A stretch of DNA of 64,000 bases from Candidatus Latescibacterota bacterium. Its GTDB lineage: Bacteria > Latescibacterota > UBA2968 > GCA-2709665. The DNA is taken from contig CAXXXF010000002.1 of the NCBI GenBank assembly GCA_963667175.2, positions 288,001-352,000 on the forward strand, given 5' to 3'. Positions 62,709 to 64,000 of the stretch are shown here, in pieces; within the stretch, counting starts at the first letter, position 1; every line of letters starts with the position of its first letter. The notes beneath the pieces were generated by a model, which was not told the DNA's origin, searched no databases, and saw only the letters and a program-made list of their open reading frames with translations. A program made the position numbers and the translations under genes.

Positions 62709-63284
62709 ATGGAAAACGAACGGTATCTCGTCCGGAAGGCAGTCGCGGGAGACGCGGCTGCCTTCGGAGACCTTTACAAAGCCTGCCACGAACAGATCTA
62801 CGCCACGATGGTTCGAAGAACGAGCGATCCCGATACCGCGGAGGATCTGATGCAGACCGCCTTTCTGCGGGCATTTATGGCCCTGGGATCGTACCGCGGG
62901 GAGGCAGCCTTTGCCAAGTGGCTCACACGGATCGCACTCAACGTACACAAGTCCCATTTTCGCAAACAGCAGGTGCGGCGAAAGTGGATTCAAACCACGG
63001 AGGATCCGGCTGCTCTTGTCGACGCCACGCGCCGGCCGGAACCGGGCGAGAATCCTGAACTCTCAGTCCAGCGAAACGAGCACCGCGACCTGGTCAGGAA
63101 GAGCATTCGGTCATTGCCGGCCAGATATCGCGAGGTACTCTGGATGCGTTACGTGGGAGACCGGTCCTACGAGGAGATTACCAGGGAGTTGCAGCTTCCG
63201 ATGGGCACGGTCAAGACCTGGCTCAACCGTGGAAGATTTCAATTGAAGGGTGAATTCAGGAAGCGGGGGCTGGTTCCCTCCTGA
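62709..63284 (+). CDS. ECF sigma-70 family RNA polymerase sigma factor
   Basis: GDAAAF, AEDLMQTAF, FAKWLTRIALN, SYEEI...GTVKTWLNRGR. Confidence 0.92.
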   Translation: MENERYLVRKAVAGDAAAFGDLYKACHEQIYATMVRRTSDPDTAEDLMQTAFLRAFMALGSYRGEAAFAKWLTRIALNVHKSHFRKQQVRRKWIQTTEDPAALVDATRRPEPGENPELSVQRNEHRDLVRKSIRSLPARYREVLWMRYVGDRSYEEITRELQLPMGTVKTWLNRGRFQLKGEFRKRGLVPS

Positions 63285-63523
63285 GCAAGCGGATTCCCAG
63301 TCCCCAAAGCGCAAGTTCGAGGACAGGATTCGCCGCGATCGGATTCCGCTCGGAGTCGCCCCGGGATTCGACCGCAATGACCGCCGGCATAGAACGCCGG
63401 AGAAAACCGTCTCGAATATGGTTTGACGCGAAATACATCCTATGTCACGTTTCGCAGCACGGCGGCGTCTCGTGCAATCAAGCGGCGTGCAACACGACGA
63501 CGATCCCGGGAAAGGAGCCGGAC

Positions 63524-64000
63524 ATGGACGGATGGTGGACGGATTTGAGCGTCCTCAACCAGGTGTTCTACCTGTTGGCGGTTTTCTTCAGCGCGTTTTT
63601 CGTCTGGCAACTCCTGGCGGCCCTGTTTGGCATGGGCGGGTCCGACGTCGGCATTGGCGGCGACGCGGACCTTGGCGACGCGGGTCCCGAATTGAACGAC
63701 GGACCCGGCGATGGCACGGTGGCTGCATTCAAACTGTTGTCTATCAGGTCTCTGATCGCCTTTGGCATGCTGTTCGGATGGGCGGGCGCCCTGTATCTGC
63801 ATAGAGGTCTGGACGTTCGGACCGCGATGTTTTACGCGTTTATCTGGGGTAGTGCAGGCATGGGGGTCGTGGCCTATTTCTTCCACGGTATCCGAAAGCT
63901 CACCGAGACTGGAAACGCCAGCCTGGATACGTGCGTGGGAACCTCGGGCGAGGTATATCTGAACATCCCCGAGGGCGGGACCGGTCAGGTTCGGGTGATA
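63524..64000 (+). CDS. NfeD/YqiJ-like membrane protein (partial, runs off the window)
   Basis: AAGGAG RBS; MDGWWTDLSVLNQVFY..., Asp/Gly-rich loop, FKLLSIRSLIAFGMLFGWAG, then OB-like VGTSGEVYLNIP-GGTGQVRV. Confidence 0.8.
   Translation, partial: MDGWWTDLSVLNQVFYLLAVFFSAFFVWQLLAALFGMGGSDVGIGGDADLGDAGPELNDGPGDGTVAAFKLLSIRSLIAFGMLFGWAGALYLHRGLDVRTAMFYAFIWGSAGMGVVAYFFHGIRKLTETGNASLDTCVGTSGEVYLNIPEGGTGQVRVI

Overview
GC-rich bacterial chromosome segment. The dockerin-like 'DFDGDGxVGFxDF' protein, choice-of-anchor-D protein and TPR lipoprotein suggest an FCB-group/Latescibacterota-like organism (inference). Most of the window is housekeeping or catabolic: glnS, prs, add, gltX, tRNA-Gln and two tRNA-Ser, nnr, a split carB with pyrK-pyrD, rlpA, an S1 protein, arfB, an RND pump, eukaryotic-type hisA, thiL, copA, a LysM-amidase, and a pspA/ECF-sigma/NfeD envelope-stress locus. 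The first ~4.6 kb is accessory and is the most unusual part. Two copies of a ~330-365 bp non-autonomous element (TIRs, TGAA duplications, internal IHF site) bracket a hicB-hicA module. The second copy is interrupted by a complete-looking 758-nt group II intron with no maturase ORF (2477-3234). Its EBS1 (CATGGAT) pairs exactly with the flanking IBS1 (ATCCATG), and the first copy keeps the same site empty. Other points: a second MITE family (2 copies, TTAA target), GTAG-type REPs that supply stop codons, a BNR-propeller/amidase fusion, a sulfatase-fold enzyme with Thr at the nucleophile position, and two probable single-base frameshifts. All calls are by eye; no searches were run.
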